From assembly GCA_965552135.1 (NCBI GenBank), contig CBEVQY010000002.1, positions 75,434-139,433 of the forward strand: a stretch of DNA of 64,000 nucleotides, read 5' to 3'. How positions within the stretch are numbered: position 1 is the first letter of the stretch; the number at the start of each line of letters is the position of its first letter. The notes under the pieces are model-generated. The model ran no database searches, was not told the DNA's origin, and worked only from the letters and a program-made list of their open reading frames with translations. Origin of the DNA: an uncultured bacterium (GTDB lineage Bacteria > UBP14 > UBA6098 > B30-G16). This document shows positions 52,428 to 60,800 of this stretch, piece after piece. The position numbers and the translations under genes were made by a program.

Positions 52428-52464
52428 CTTCGCGGGAAGGCGCGCCGGGCTGCGAATCGAAGCT

Positions 52465-52956
52465 CTATCGGGCAAGCTTTTTTTGCAGATAGGGCAAGAG
52501 CCCGCCTGCGTCGAGTATTCCCTGGACGAGCGGCGGAAGCGGCGAGAAGTAAAACTCTCTTCCGCGAACCCTTATCACCCCGCGCTCGCCGTCTATTTCG
52601 ACCACGTCGCCCGCCTCGATGAACCTCGCCGCCTCCGGGTGCGCAACAGCCAGAAGCCCAAAGTTTATCGCGTTGCGGAAGAATATCCTTGCGAACGACT
52701 CCGCTATTATGGCGCCCACGCCAGCATACTTGAGGCATGCAGCCGCCTGCTCGCGGGAGGATCCGCAGCCGAAGTTCTTCCCCGCAACGATGACGTCCCC
52801 GGGCGACACGCGCGAGGCGAAGTCGGGATCGAGGTCCTCCATGGCGTGCCGCGCCATCTCCTCCGCAGAAAGCTGCTTGTAGGTGTATTTGCCCGGATAG
52901 ATGACGTCGGTGCTCACGTCGTCGCCGAACTTATGCGCCTTGCCCTTGATTATCAT
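52465..52956 (-). CDS. Second aconitase-family small subunit (LeuD/HacB/DmdB type), no adjacent large subunit
   Basis: FGDDVSTDVIYPG, AGKNFGCGSSREQA, SFARIFFRNAIN.GL; GGAGG RBS. Confidence 0.85.
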   Translation of the reverse strand: MIIKGKAHKFGDDVSTDVIYPGKYTYKQLSAEEMARHAMEDLDPDFASRVSPGDVIVAGKNFGCGSSREQAAACLKYAGVGAIIAESFARIFFRNAINFGLLAVAHPEAARFIEAGDVVEIDGERGVIRVRGREFYFSPLPPLVQGILDAGGLLPYLQKKLAR

Positions 52957-53686
52957 CGCCGCCTCCTTCGACCTGCTCCGATATGCTTCTCCTCTTCCTC
53001 TTCCCCGGCACAAAGCTTCGCAGATACCTAGGCTCTATGTCCTCTGGCTCGAGGATGTTTCCCTGCCGCACAAGCTTTTGCGCTATGCGCGCGGCAGCGG
53101 CGGCGGAGGGCACGCCGCAGTCGCTGGGAACGACGAAATCGGTGCCGTGCACAAGCTCCCTGAGCTTTTGGATGAAAGCGGTAACTCCGTCGCCGCACAG
53201 AAGAACCCTCCCCCTAAGCGACAACACCTTTGCGAAATCGGTCAGCGTCCATGTGGCTGGTTCTACGAGCGCGTAGGGCTCGGTCGCTACGTCGAAAATG
53301 GCGCCGTAGACCTTGCCCGCGCGGGCGTCGGAGATAATCGCCACCTTGAGATCGCAGGGGGAGTACTTGCCCGCCATAGCCTCGAACGAGCCAACCGGAA
53401 CGACCTTGGCGCCGCACGCAAAAGCGAACCCCTGCGCAAAGGAAACGCCAACCCTAAGACCGGTGTACGACCCCGGACCCACGCCAACAGCAACGTAGTC
53501 GACATCATCCGGCGCAAGAGAGGCGCAGCCGAGGCAGAAATCGACGTACTTGGGCAAAAGCTCGGAGTGACGCTTTGGTGCAAAGCAGATCACTTCGGCC
53601 AGAACGCGCCCGCGCCAAACGGCAACGCTCAGGTAGTCGGTGCTTGTGTCGAACGCGAGGATGAGCTCCGAGCCGTCCATGCCCAA
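52931..53686 (-). CDS. tsaB: tRNA t6A biosynthesis protein TsaB
   Basis: ILAFDTS, HSELL, GPGSYTGLRVG, DAR..VY, EP.YLR. Confidence 0.92.
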   Translation of the reverse strand: MGMDGSELILAFDTSTDYLSVAVWRGRVLAEVICFAPKRHSELLPKYVDFCLGCASLAPDDVDYVAVGVGPGSYTGLRVGVSFAQGFAFACGAKVVPVGSFEAMAGKYSPCDLKVAIISDARAGKVYGAIFDVATEPYALVEPATWTLTDFAKVLSLRGRVLLCGDGVTAFIQKLRELVHGTDFVVPSDCGVPSAAAAARIAQKLVRQGNILEPEDIEPRYLRSFVPGKRKRRSISEQVEGGGDDNQGQGA

Positions 53687-53693
53687 GCCCCTC

Positions 53694-55010
53694 TCACGTT
53701 TCGATGCCGTACTTCTTGAGCCTTGTGTAGATCATCCTCCGGGTTATTCCGAGCATCCTTGCGGCTTTGGATTTGTTTCCGCCCGCCTTTTCGAGCGCCG
53801 CAAGGAGCATCTTCTTCTCAAGCTCCTCTAAGGTCGTCTCGCCCGGCTCAGGGACGCTCTCCTCAACCCGGCTTACCTCGAGGTCGGGCAGATGCTCGGG
53901 CGTTATCGTCTTCATGCCCGCGAGAATGAGCGCGCGCTCGAGGATGTTCTCAAGCTCGCGCACGTTGCCGGGATAGTCGTAATCCATAAGCATCTCCATC
54001 GCCTCGTCGGATACCTTCGCCACAACGCCCCGCTTGCGGAAGTAGTTCTCGATAAGGAGCGGGATGTCCTCGCGCCTCTCCCTGAGGGGCGGAAGCTTTA
54101 TCGGGAAGACGGCGAGCCTGTAGTAGAGGTCTTCCCTGAACTTGCCCTCGTCGACGAGCTTTTTTAGGTCCTTGTTCGTCGCCGCTATGATGCGGACGTC
54201 GACGGGGATGGGGTTAGTTCCGCCGAGGTGATAGACCACCTTCTCCTGGAGCACGCGCAGAAGCTTCGACTGGAGCGCGGGCGGCATTTCGGCTATTTCG
54301 TCGAGGAAGAGCGTTCCGCCGTCTGCGAGCTCGAACATTCCGGGCTTTCGTCTGTCGGCGCCGGTGAAGGCGCCACGCTCGTATCCGAAAAGCTCGCTTT
54401 CCAAAAGCGTTTCGGTTATCGCCGCGCAGTTTATAGCGACAAACGCCTTCTTCGACCTCCCCGAGCGCTCGTGGATCGCCCTGGCAACAAGCTCCTTGCC
54501 CGTGCCGGTCTCGCCAAGTATGAGGACGGTTGCGTCGGAGGGCGCCACCTTTTCAACAAGCTCGAACACGTGCCTCATCGCCTCTGAGCGACCCACAAGC
54601 TCGCCAAACCGCTCCCTCTCAACGCGGCGGCGGTACTCAACCTCGTCCCTGAGATGCCGCTCCCCCGCAATGCGCTCAACCAAAAGGAGCATCTCATCGG
54701 TGGGGAAAGGTTTGGTCAGGTAGTCGTATGCGCCCGCCTTCATCGCCTCGACGGCGCTTTCGACGGTGCCGTGAGCCGTCATAACGACGACCACCGTGTC
54801 GGGATAATCGACTTTTATGCGCTTCAAAAGCTCCAAACCGTCCATCCCGGGCATGCGCAGGTCTGTTATCACGAGGTCGAAGCCTTTGGGCAAGATCTCC
54901 AAGGCTTTTTCGGCAGAGACGACGTACTCAGCTTCGTGCCCCGCGCCGACAAGAGCTTTGGAGAAAAGTATACCGAGCTTCTTCTCGTCGTCGACGATGA
55001 GGACACGCAT
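53694..55010 (-). CDS. Sigma-54-dependent response regulator (NtrC/AtoC family)
   Basis: Receiver LIVDD / TDLRMP / KP; GETGTGKE; ESELFG.E.GAFTGA; FREDLYYRL; Fis-type HTH. Confidence 0.95.
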   Translation of the reverse strand: MRVLIVDDEKKLGILFSKALVGAGHEAEYVVSAEKALEILPKGFDLVITDLRMPGMDGLELLKRIKVDYPDTVVVVMTAHGTVESAVEAMKAGAYDYLTKPFPTDEMLLLVERIAGERHLRDEVEYRRRVERERFGELVGRSEAMRHVFELVEKVAPSDATVLILGETGTGKELVARAIHERSGRSKKAFVAINCAAITETLLESELFGYERGAFTGADRRKPGMFELADGGTLFLDEIAEMPPALQSKLLRVLQEKVVYHLGGTNPIPVDVRIIAATNKDLKKLVDEGKFREDLYYRLAVFPIKLPPLRERREDIPLLIENYFRKRGVVAKVSDEAMEMLMDYDYPGNVRELENILERALILAGMKTITPEHLPDLEVSRVEESVPEPGETTLEELEKKMLLAALEKAGGNKSKAARMLGITRRMIYTRLKKYGIET

Positions 55011-55012
55011 AC

Positions 55013-56023
55013 CTACATCACCCCCTTCCGCCTTGCGACCTGCCAGAGGACGAGGATCATAACCAGGGCGAAAACGCCAACAACGACCCACTTCACAGGA
55101 TAAAGCCTTTGCCTTTTAAGCAAAAGCTTTGTGTAGCTTTGTGCAAGCTCCTTTACCGCAAGCGCCCTTTGGGGCAAAAGCTTTGCCGCAGCGGACGTAT
55201 CGAGCCAGGTCGAGATGTCCTCAAGCCTTCGAAGAAGGGAGTCCTCCTGAGCCTTTGTGTAGAGCCTTGGTCGCACAATTCCCTCGCCTATAGCCACGAC
55301 CTTTGTCTCCGCCATCTCGAGCGCCATCTGCGCCACCGTTGCGGTGGGAGAGGTCAACACTTGCTCCGACTCGACCGCCTTCCCCGCAAGCGCCACAGCC
55401 TGACTCGCCACGACGACAACTGAGTCGAGCACCGCCTCGAGATACGATATCCGATCCGAGTTTTGTGCCACAAGCTGGCGCAGCGAGTCAACAAGCCCGG
55501 AAAGCCTTTTGTTTTTGCGCGCGAGCTTGCGAAGGCTATCGACCGCAGCGCGCAGGCGAAGGTTTTCGGAGAGGATGTCGTCGATGTAGTGGTCGAGCAT
55601 GGAGTTTACCGAATCGGTGGCGGACCTGAGCAGACGCATGGTCTCCCGCCGGATGTCGCGACAGGCGATGGACTGAGCCCGCTCCACAAGCTTTTGGATG
55701 CTGTCGCGCGCGGCTTTGAGCGCGGCAAGGGGCAGTCTGCCGCCGCCTGGGGCGCAAAGCTCGGGAACAGCGCTCAAGAGCGCATCGCAAAAGCACTGCT
55801 GCTTTCGGACGGTGTCGCTCCAGGTCACAAACGTCGCCTGAATCTGCGGCTGCACCTCCTTGGGGAAGTCGTCGATTCGGCTAAGCACAAAGTTCATCTT
55901 CTCAAGCGCCCTGCGACAATCGCCCCTCCCCCATAGCCTCCATGCGTCGTTCAGCGCCTCCTGCGCGCCGTCGTAGGCAAAAGAAGCACAGAACAAAACC
56001 AACATGCACAAAAAGCCCCTCAT
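55013..56023 (-). CDS. Hypothetical exported coiled-coil protein with C-terminal TM anchor
   Basis: Signal peptide, TPR-like helix pair, heptad region (ENLRL...VDSLR repeated), C-terminal TM plus RRK. Confidence 0.7.
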   Translation of the reverse strand: MRGFLCMLVLFCASFAYDGAQEALNDAWRLWGRGDCRRALEKMNFVLSRIDDFPKEVQPQIQATFVTWSDTVRKQQCFCDALLSAVPELCAPGGGRLPLAALKAARDSIQKLVERAQSIACRDIRRETMRLLRSATDSVNSMLDHYIDDILSENLRLRAAVDSLRKLARKNKRLSGLVDSLRQLVAQNSDRISYLEAVLDSVVVVASQAVALAGKAVESEQVLTSPTATVAQMALEMAETKVVAIGEGIVRPRLYTKAQEDSLLRRLEDISTWLDTSAAAKLLPQRALAVKELAQSYTKLLLKRQRLYPVKWVVVGVFALVMILVLWQVARRKGVM

Positions 56024-56044
56024 GACCTTGCCCTCGCTTTGTTG

Positions 56045-56473
56045 CTACCGACGCTTTCTTTTGGGCGGGATGATTCTGCCGTCCTCGTCGAAGACGAACT
56101 CGTGCGGTTTTCCCAGGGCGCCCTTCCATTGGGCGACAAGCTTTCCCGCGCGCCAGTCGAAGCGGAAATCCACAGCCGGCGCACCCGGCAGCGCATGCGG
56201 GACGAACTCGACCTCCTTCCCGCGAATCTCGCCCACCCAGATGTTCGCGAAGCCGTCGCCGCAAACGAAGACCCTGCCGGCGTAGATTATTGCGTCAGCC
56301 TCCCGAGCGCCCTCAAGCGAAAGGAGGGTATCGACGTCGACGGTTGCCGCAAGCTCGCACCTGCCGCGGCACCTGGTAAACGACGCACCGCCCGCAAGAC
56401 CAACCGTTATCGCCCGCTCACAGCCACACAAAAAAAGCGCCAACAAAAAGCCAAGCAAAGCCCTTTTCATCAT
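56045..56473 (-). CDS. Hypothetical lipoprotein
   Basis: MMKR + hydrophobic stretch + LCGC lipobox; tightly packed after bamA. Confidence 0.65.
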   Translation of the reverse strand: MMKRALLGFLLALFLCGCERAITVGLAGGASFTRCRGRCELAATVDVDTLLSLEGAREADAIIYAGRVFVCGDGFANIWVGEIRGKEVEFVPHALPGAPAVDFRFDWRAGKLVAQWKGALGKPHEFVFDEDGRIIPPKRKRR

Positions 56474-56480
56474 TCCACCC

Positions 56481-58793
56481 CTAAAACTCGGGTCCTATCT
56501 GGAAGTGAACTTCCCATCCGGGCTTGTCCTTATCGAACCCGTACGCGAAGTCGAAACCGAGGATTCCCATCATCGGAACGACGAACCTTGCGCCCACGCC
56601 GAGGGACCTTTTGAGGTCGCCTATTTTGACGTCTTCGGGGGCGAGCCATGCGTTGCCGGCGTCGGCGAAGGCTGCGACGTAGAGCTGATCCCTCATTACT
56701 GGCACGCGCAGCTCCAGCGTGAGGACCATAACAGCTCGTCCGCCCGGCATATACGACCTCGACGGAACGACAAGCGGCAGTCTTCCGGCGGCGTCTGGGA
56801 TCGCTGTGGTGTCGTACTCGGGCTCGGTCCACGCCACGGGTCCAATGCTTCGGTCGGCGTAGCCGCGGATCTGCCCGTCGAAGCTTATGCCGCCGGGGAA
56901 GAACCGTTCGCCGAAGGGGACGGCGTCGGGGTTGCCCCAGGGATTCCCAAGCGCGCCGTAGTGGCACTTCGCCACAAGCGTCAGATACCTGTGCAGCGGA
57001 AAGTACCAGTCCGACTTGAGCCACAGCTTCAGGAACTCAAGCTGCCCCCCGAGCGGACCGCCGGCGACCTCAACGCTTACGCTGTTTCGGCTCCCGCGGG
57101 AGGCGAAGAGGCGGGAGTCGCGGCTGTCGCGCTCTAAAGTGAACATCACCGAGGACTCCAGCTGAGGCCAATCGATGGCTGTGATGTCGAAAGCGGGGGA
57201 GGGAACGTAGCCGCTTTCGATGTCGTGGTATTCCACGCTCTCGAGCTTGTACCTTGCGAAGACGGAGACGAAGCGCGGTCTGCGAAGCTTTCTGCCAAGC
57301 CTTATCGCGCCGCCGCGGCGAAGCTCCGAGTAGTAGCCCTCCCACCTCCAGTCGGTGTTGTACGCGTCGAACCCAAGGGAGGTTGGTGTGTCGAGGAACC
57401 ACGGCTCGGTGAAGGAAAAGGAGAAGTTGTTCTTAAGCTTCCCGAACTCGTACGTCAGATCAGCGTTCCAGCCCCTGCCCAAGACGTTGGGCCAACCGAT
57501 GGAGATATTCCCCACAAGCTTGTCGACGGCGTTGTATCCGGCGCCTATCTGAAAACGACCCACGGGCTTCTCCGTCACCCTGAGCGTTATGTCGACATCG
57601 CCGTTGGGGAGAACCTCAAACTCGGGGACGACGTCCTCGAAGTAGTTGAGGAAGTAAACGTTCCTCTGGCTTAGGACGAGGAGGTTGCGCCTGAAGACAT
57701 CTCCGGGGTAGAGCACAAGCTCTCTGCGGATTACCTTCTCGAAGGTCCGCGTGTTCCCCGCGATGTTTATCAACCTCACGTGCGCCTGGGCACCCTCGCT
57801 GATCTTTATCCGAACGAAAACGCTTTCCCCCTCCATCTGCCGCTCGGGGAGAACAGAGGCGTGGATGTAGCCCTCGTCGGTGTAGAGAAAGTAGATGCTC
57901 TGGATCGACTCGTCCATCTTCTCCTGATTGAACACATCCCCGGGCTTGAGCTTGATGAGGGAAAGTAGCCTCTCCTTTGGGAAGACCTCGTTCCCCTCCA
58001 CGTCGGCTCCCCTGAAGTAGTAGCGCTTCCCCTCCGAAACCCATATCTTTATGTAGAGCCCGTCGTCCCTCTCGATCACCGTGTCCCTCACGACTTCCGC
58101 GGTTATGTAGCCCTTTTTGTGGTAGAAGTCTTCGATTTTCGCGATATCGTCGCGGTACTTTTCGGGGTCGAACTTGCCCGAGCGCAGAAAGCCCCGCTGC
58201 TTGGTCTCCATCTGGCGGCGAAGCTTGGCGTCGGAGTAAGCCTCGTTGCCGAAAAACTCTATCCGCTTAACCCGCTTCTGCTTCCCCTCGTCTATGATAA
58301 AGCGAACGACCTTATACCCCTCCTGCGAGCCGTCCTTGACCTCGTACCTTATCCTTACCCCATACATGCCCTTCTCGGCGTAGATGCGCTCGAGGGATTT
58401 TATCGAGGCGAAGATTGCCTCGTTCGAAAGGAAGGAACCTTCGGAAAGCTTTATTTCGGCGGAAAGCTCTTTGTCCTTGAGCTTTTTGTTTCCGTCGAAG
58501 GTGATTCTCTCGACCCGCGGGAGCTCGACGACCCTTATCTCGATGTCGTATCCGTACGGTCCGGGCGTGGCGAGTATCCGGACGTCCTGGTATCCGCCCA
58601 GCGCGTAGATGCTCTTTATGGCTTCGTCAAGCTTTGTGACCGAGAACGGCTCGCCCTCCGAAAGCCCGCAGTTGACGCGGACGAGCTCGGGGCTTGTGTA
58701 CTTGGTGCCGACGACGGAGATCCTGTGTATAACCTCGCCCGCCCACGAAACGGAGAAGACGAGAAACGCTGTGCAAAAAAGCCCGCGCAACAT
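56481..58793 (-). CDS. bamA: Outer membrane protein assembly factor BamA
   Basis: Five POTRA units (GN...), FTEPW, L6 IRGY, F.DAGN.W, C-terminal FQIGPEF. Confidence 0.93.
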   Translation of the reverse strand: MLRGLFCTAFLVFSVSWAGEVIHRISVVGTKYTSPELVRVNCGLSEGEPFSVTKLDEAIKSIYALGGYQDVRILATPGPYGYDIEIRVVELPRVERITFDGNKKLKDKELSAEIKLSEGSFLSNEAIFASIKSLERIYAEKGMYGVRIRYEVKDGSQEGYKVVRFIIDEGKQKRVKRIEFFGNEAYSDAKLRRQMETKQRGFLRSGKFDPEKYRDDIAKIEDFYHKKGYITAEVVRDTVIERDDGLYIKIWVSEGKRYYFRGADVEGNEVFPKERLLSLIKLKPGDVFNQEKMDESIQSIYFLYTDEGYIHASVLPERQMEGESVFVRIKISEGAQAHVRLINIAGNTRTFEKVIRRELVLYPGDVFRRNLLVLSQRNVYFLNYFEDVVPEFEVLPNGDVDITLRVTEKPVGRFQIGAGYNAVDKLVGNISIGWPNVLGRGWNADLTYEFGKLKNNFSFSFTEPWFLDTPTSLGFDAYNTDWRWEGYYSELRRGGAIRLGRKLRRPRFVSVFARYKLESVEYHDIESGYVPSPAFDITAIDWPQLESSVMFTLERDSRDSRLFASRGSRNSVSVEVAGGPLGGQLEFLKLWLKSDWYFPLHRYLTLVAKCHYGALGNPWGNPDAVPFGERFFPGGISFDGQIRGYADRSIGPVAWTEPEYDTTAIPDAAGRLPLVVPSRSYMPGGRAVMVLTLELRVPVMRDQLYVAAFADAGNAWLAPEDVKIGDLKRSLGVGARFVVPMMGILGFDFAYGFDKDKPGWEVHFQIGPEF

Positions 58794-58844
58794 ACTCAAA
58801 AAATAATCCCGAACGCATTTGGCTGCAAACCCTTTGAAAACGGA

Positions 58845-58873
58845 TTGACACAGGCGCCTCAAGCAAGTATTCT
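58845..58873 (+). promoter_or_regulatory. Sigma70 promoter for the gmhA operon
   Basis: TTGACA, 17-bp spacer, TATTCT. Confidence 0.65.
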
Positions 58874-58919
58874 AATCGCCGCGGGACTACCACAAAACCC
58901 ACGTTCGCAGGGGGAGGCT

Positions 58920-59489
58920 ATGTGCGGTAGGATCATCGAGGAAGCCTTCGCCGATGCGCTTAGGCTTCACCAGGCTTTAATGGATGAAGGTTTTATATCT
59001 GCCGTTTCTTCGGCGGCGGATGCGGTTGTTTCGGCGTTGCGGAACGGCGGCAAGGTTCTCGTTGCGGGCAACGGCGGAAGCGCTGCCGACGCACAGCACT
59101 TCGTAGCCGAGATCGTGGGCAGGTTCCAGAAGGAGCGCCGTGGGCTTCCGGCAATCGCACTATCAACCAACACGTCGTCGCTTACCGCTATAGCGAACGA
59201 CTACGCATACGACGACGTCTTCGCCCGCCAGGTAGAGGCGCTGGGACGCAAAGGCGACATCTTCTTCGGAATAAGCACAAGCGGCAACTCGCCCAACATA
59301 GTAAAGGCGCTTGAGGCGGCGAAGGGGTTAGGGATCTTCACGGTGGGGCTTTTGGGCAAAGGCGGCGGCAAGTGCAAGGATCTCTGCGACATAGCGATCG
59401 TTGTGCCCCACAACACAACCGCCAGGATCCAAGAGGTGCACATCCTCGTCATACACGCCATCTGCGCCGTGGTGGACGAAAGCTTTTAA
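58920..59489 (+). CDS. gmhA: Phosphoheptose (sedoheptulose-7-phosphate) isomerase
   Basis: [43 protein letters not shown]. Confidence 0.95.
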   Translation: MCGRIIEEAFADALRLHQALMDEGFISAVSSAADAVVSALRNGGKVLVAGNGGSAADAQHFVAEIVGRFQKERRGLPAIALSTNTSSLTAIANDYAYDDVFARQVEALGRKGDIFFGISTSGNSPNIVKALEAAKGLGIFTVGLLGKGGGKCKDLCDIAIVVPHNTTARIQEVHILVIHAICAVVDESF

Positions 59490-59511
59490 ATTCGGGCTCG
59501 AGGTGGACGCC

Positions 59512-60024
59512 ATGGTGAACCAAAAGCGCTTTTGCCCATACTGCGGCGGCAGGCTTGAGGAGTTCGACGATTGTGGTCGCAAAAGGCTGCGCTGCAGCCG
59601 CTGCGGAGCCGTGCTGTACGAAAACCCTATCCCCGCCACTGCGCTTGTGATACCCCATCCGGAGGACCGGGCGCGCATACTTTTGGTCAAGCGGGCGGTT
59701 GAGCCGTGTAAGGGGCAGTATTCGCTCCCCGGAGGCTTTATGGAGATAGACGAAACGCCCGAGGAGTGCGCCCTTCGCGAAATGCTTGAGGAAACCGGCT
59801 TTGGCGGGCGCATAAGAAGGCTTTTGGGTGTCAGGAACCAGCCTTCGCCGCAGTACAAGATGGTGCTTCTGGTGGGCTACGAGATGGAGATCACCGAGGG
59901 CAGACTTTCCGCCTCCGACGACGCCGAGGAAGCCGATTTCTTCGACGTCGACGACCACCCGCCCATCGCCTTCGAGGCGCACCAGTGGTTCGTCGACGAG
60001 TACAGACGAACGACGGGGATATGA
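59512..60024 (+). CDS. NUDIX hydrolase with N-terminal zinc ribbon
   Basis: FCPYCG...CSRCG, PGGFME.DE.....A.RE..EETG Nudix box. Confidence 0.9.
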   Translation: MVNQKRFCPYCGGRLEEFDDCGRKRLRCSRCGAVLYENPIPATALVIPHPEDRARILLVKRAVEPCKGQYSLPGGFMEIDETPEECALREMLEETGFGGRIRRLLGVRNQPSPQYKMVLLVGYEMEITEGRLSASDDAEEADFFDVDDHPPIAFEAHQWFVDEYRRTTGI

Positions 60025-60800
60025 TCAGGGAGACCGACAGCGTGGTTTTGCTTGATCTTACGGACGGCGAGAAGAAGTACTTCGTTCCCGTTTCGCGGGG
60101 TAGGTTTTCGACGCGGCACGGGGAGATCGACCTTGCGGCGCTTGTCGGCAGCGAGTACGGCAGGGTTATAACGACCCACCTCGGCGCGCCGTTTGCCGTC
60201 CTCAAACCCACCACGCACGACTTCATCATGCTCGGTCTCAGGCGACAGACGCAGATCGTGTATCCGAAGGACGCAGGTTTTTTGGTGCTTTGGCTTGGTC
60301 TCTGCGACGGCGCTCGCGTGTTCGAGTGTGGCGCGGGAAGCGGCGCTATGACCGTCGTCATGGCGAAAGCCGTTGCGCCAAACGGTAAGGTCGTCTCATA
60401 CGAGAGGGATGAGCGTTTCTTCAAGCTTGCGGCAAAGAACGTCGAGAGAGCTGGTGTGGCGCCCTTCGTGGAGCTTCATCACGCGGACCTCTCCGAGGGC
60501 GTCGAGGGCGCGCCGTTCGACGCAGCATTCATCGACGTGCGGGAACCGTGGCTCTACATCGACGTCGTCTGGGATATCCTCGGCGGCGGATGCCCCGCGG
60601 CGTTCGTCATGCCAACGACGAACCAGATAACGGCGCTGCTTGCGGAGTTCGAAAAGAACCCGAGGTTCGCGGACGTCCAGGTGGCGGAGATAGCCCTGCG
60701 GTTCTACAAACCCGTCTCGGAGCGACTGCGACCCAAGGACAGAATGGTCGCACACACCGCATACATAGTCCTTGCGAGGAAGATAACGCCCGATGATTAA
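60021..60800 (+). CDS. trmI: tRNA (adenine-58-N1)-methyltransferase
   Basis: R.TQIVYPKD, ECGAGSG, SYE, F.DV.EPW, RP..RMVAHT.YI. Confidence 0.9.
   Translation: MIRETDSVVLLDLTDGEKKYFVPVSRGRFSTRHGEIDLAALVGSEYGRVITTHLGAPFAVLKPTTHDFIMLGLRRQTQIVYPKDAGFLVLWLGLCDGARVFECGAGSGAMTVVMAKAVAPNGKVVSYERDERFFKLAAKNVERAGVAPFVELHHADLSEGVEGAPFDAAFIDVREPWLYIDVVWDILGGGCPAAFVMPTTNQITALLAEFEKNPRFADVQVAEIALRFYKPVSERLRPKDRMVAHTAYIVLARKITPDD

Noticed and set aside
58119..58919. N-terminal extensions in the ORF track (gmhA, uppS, fabG, bamA, epimerase, response regulator)
   Set aside because: They overlap neighbouring genes; downstream starts with an RBS or stop-start coupling fit the family N-termini
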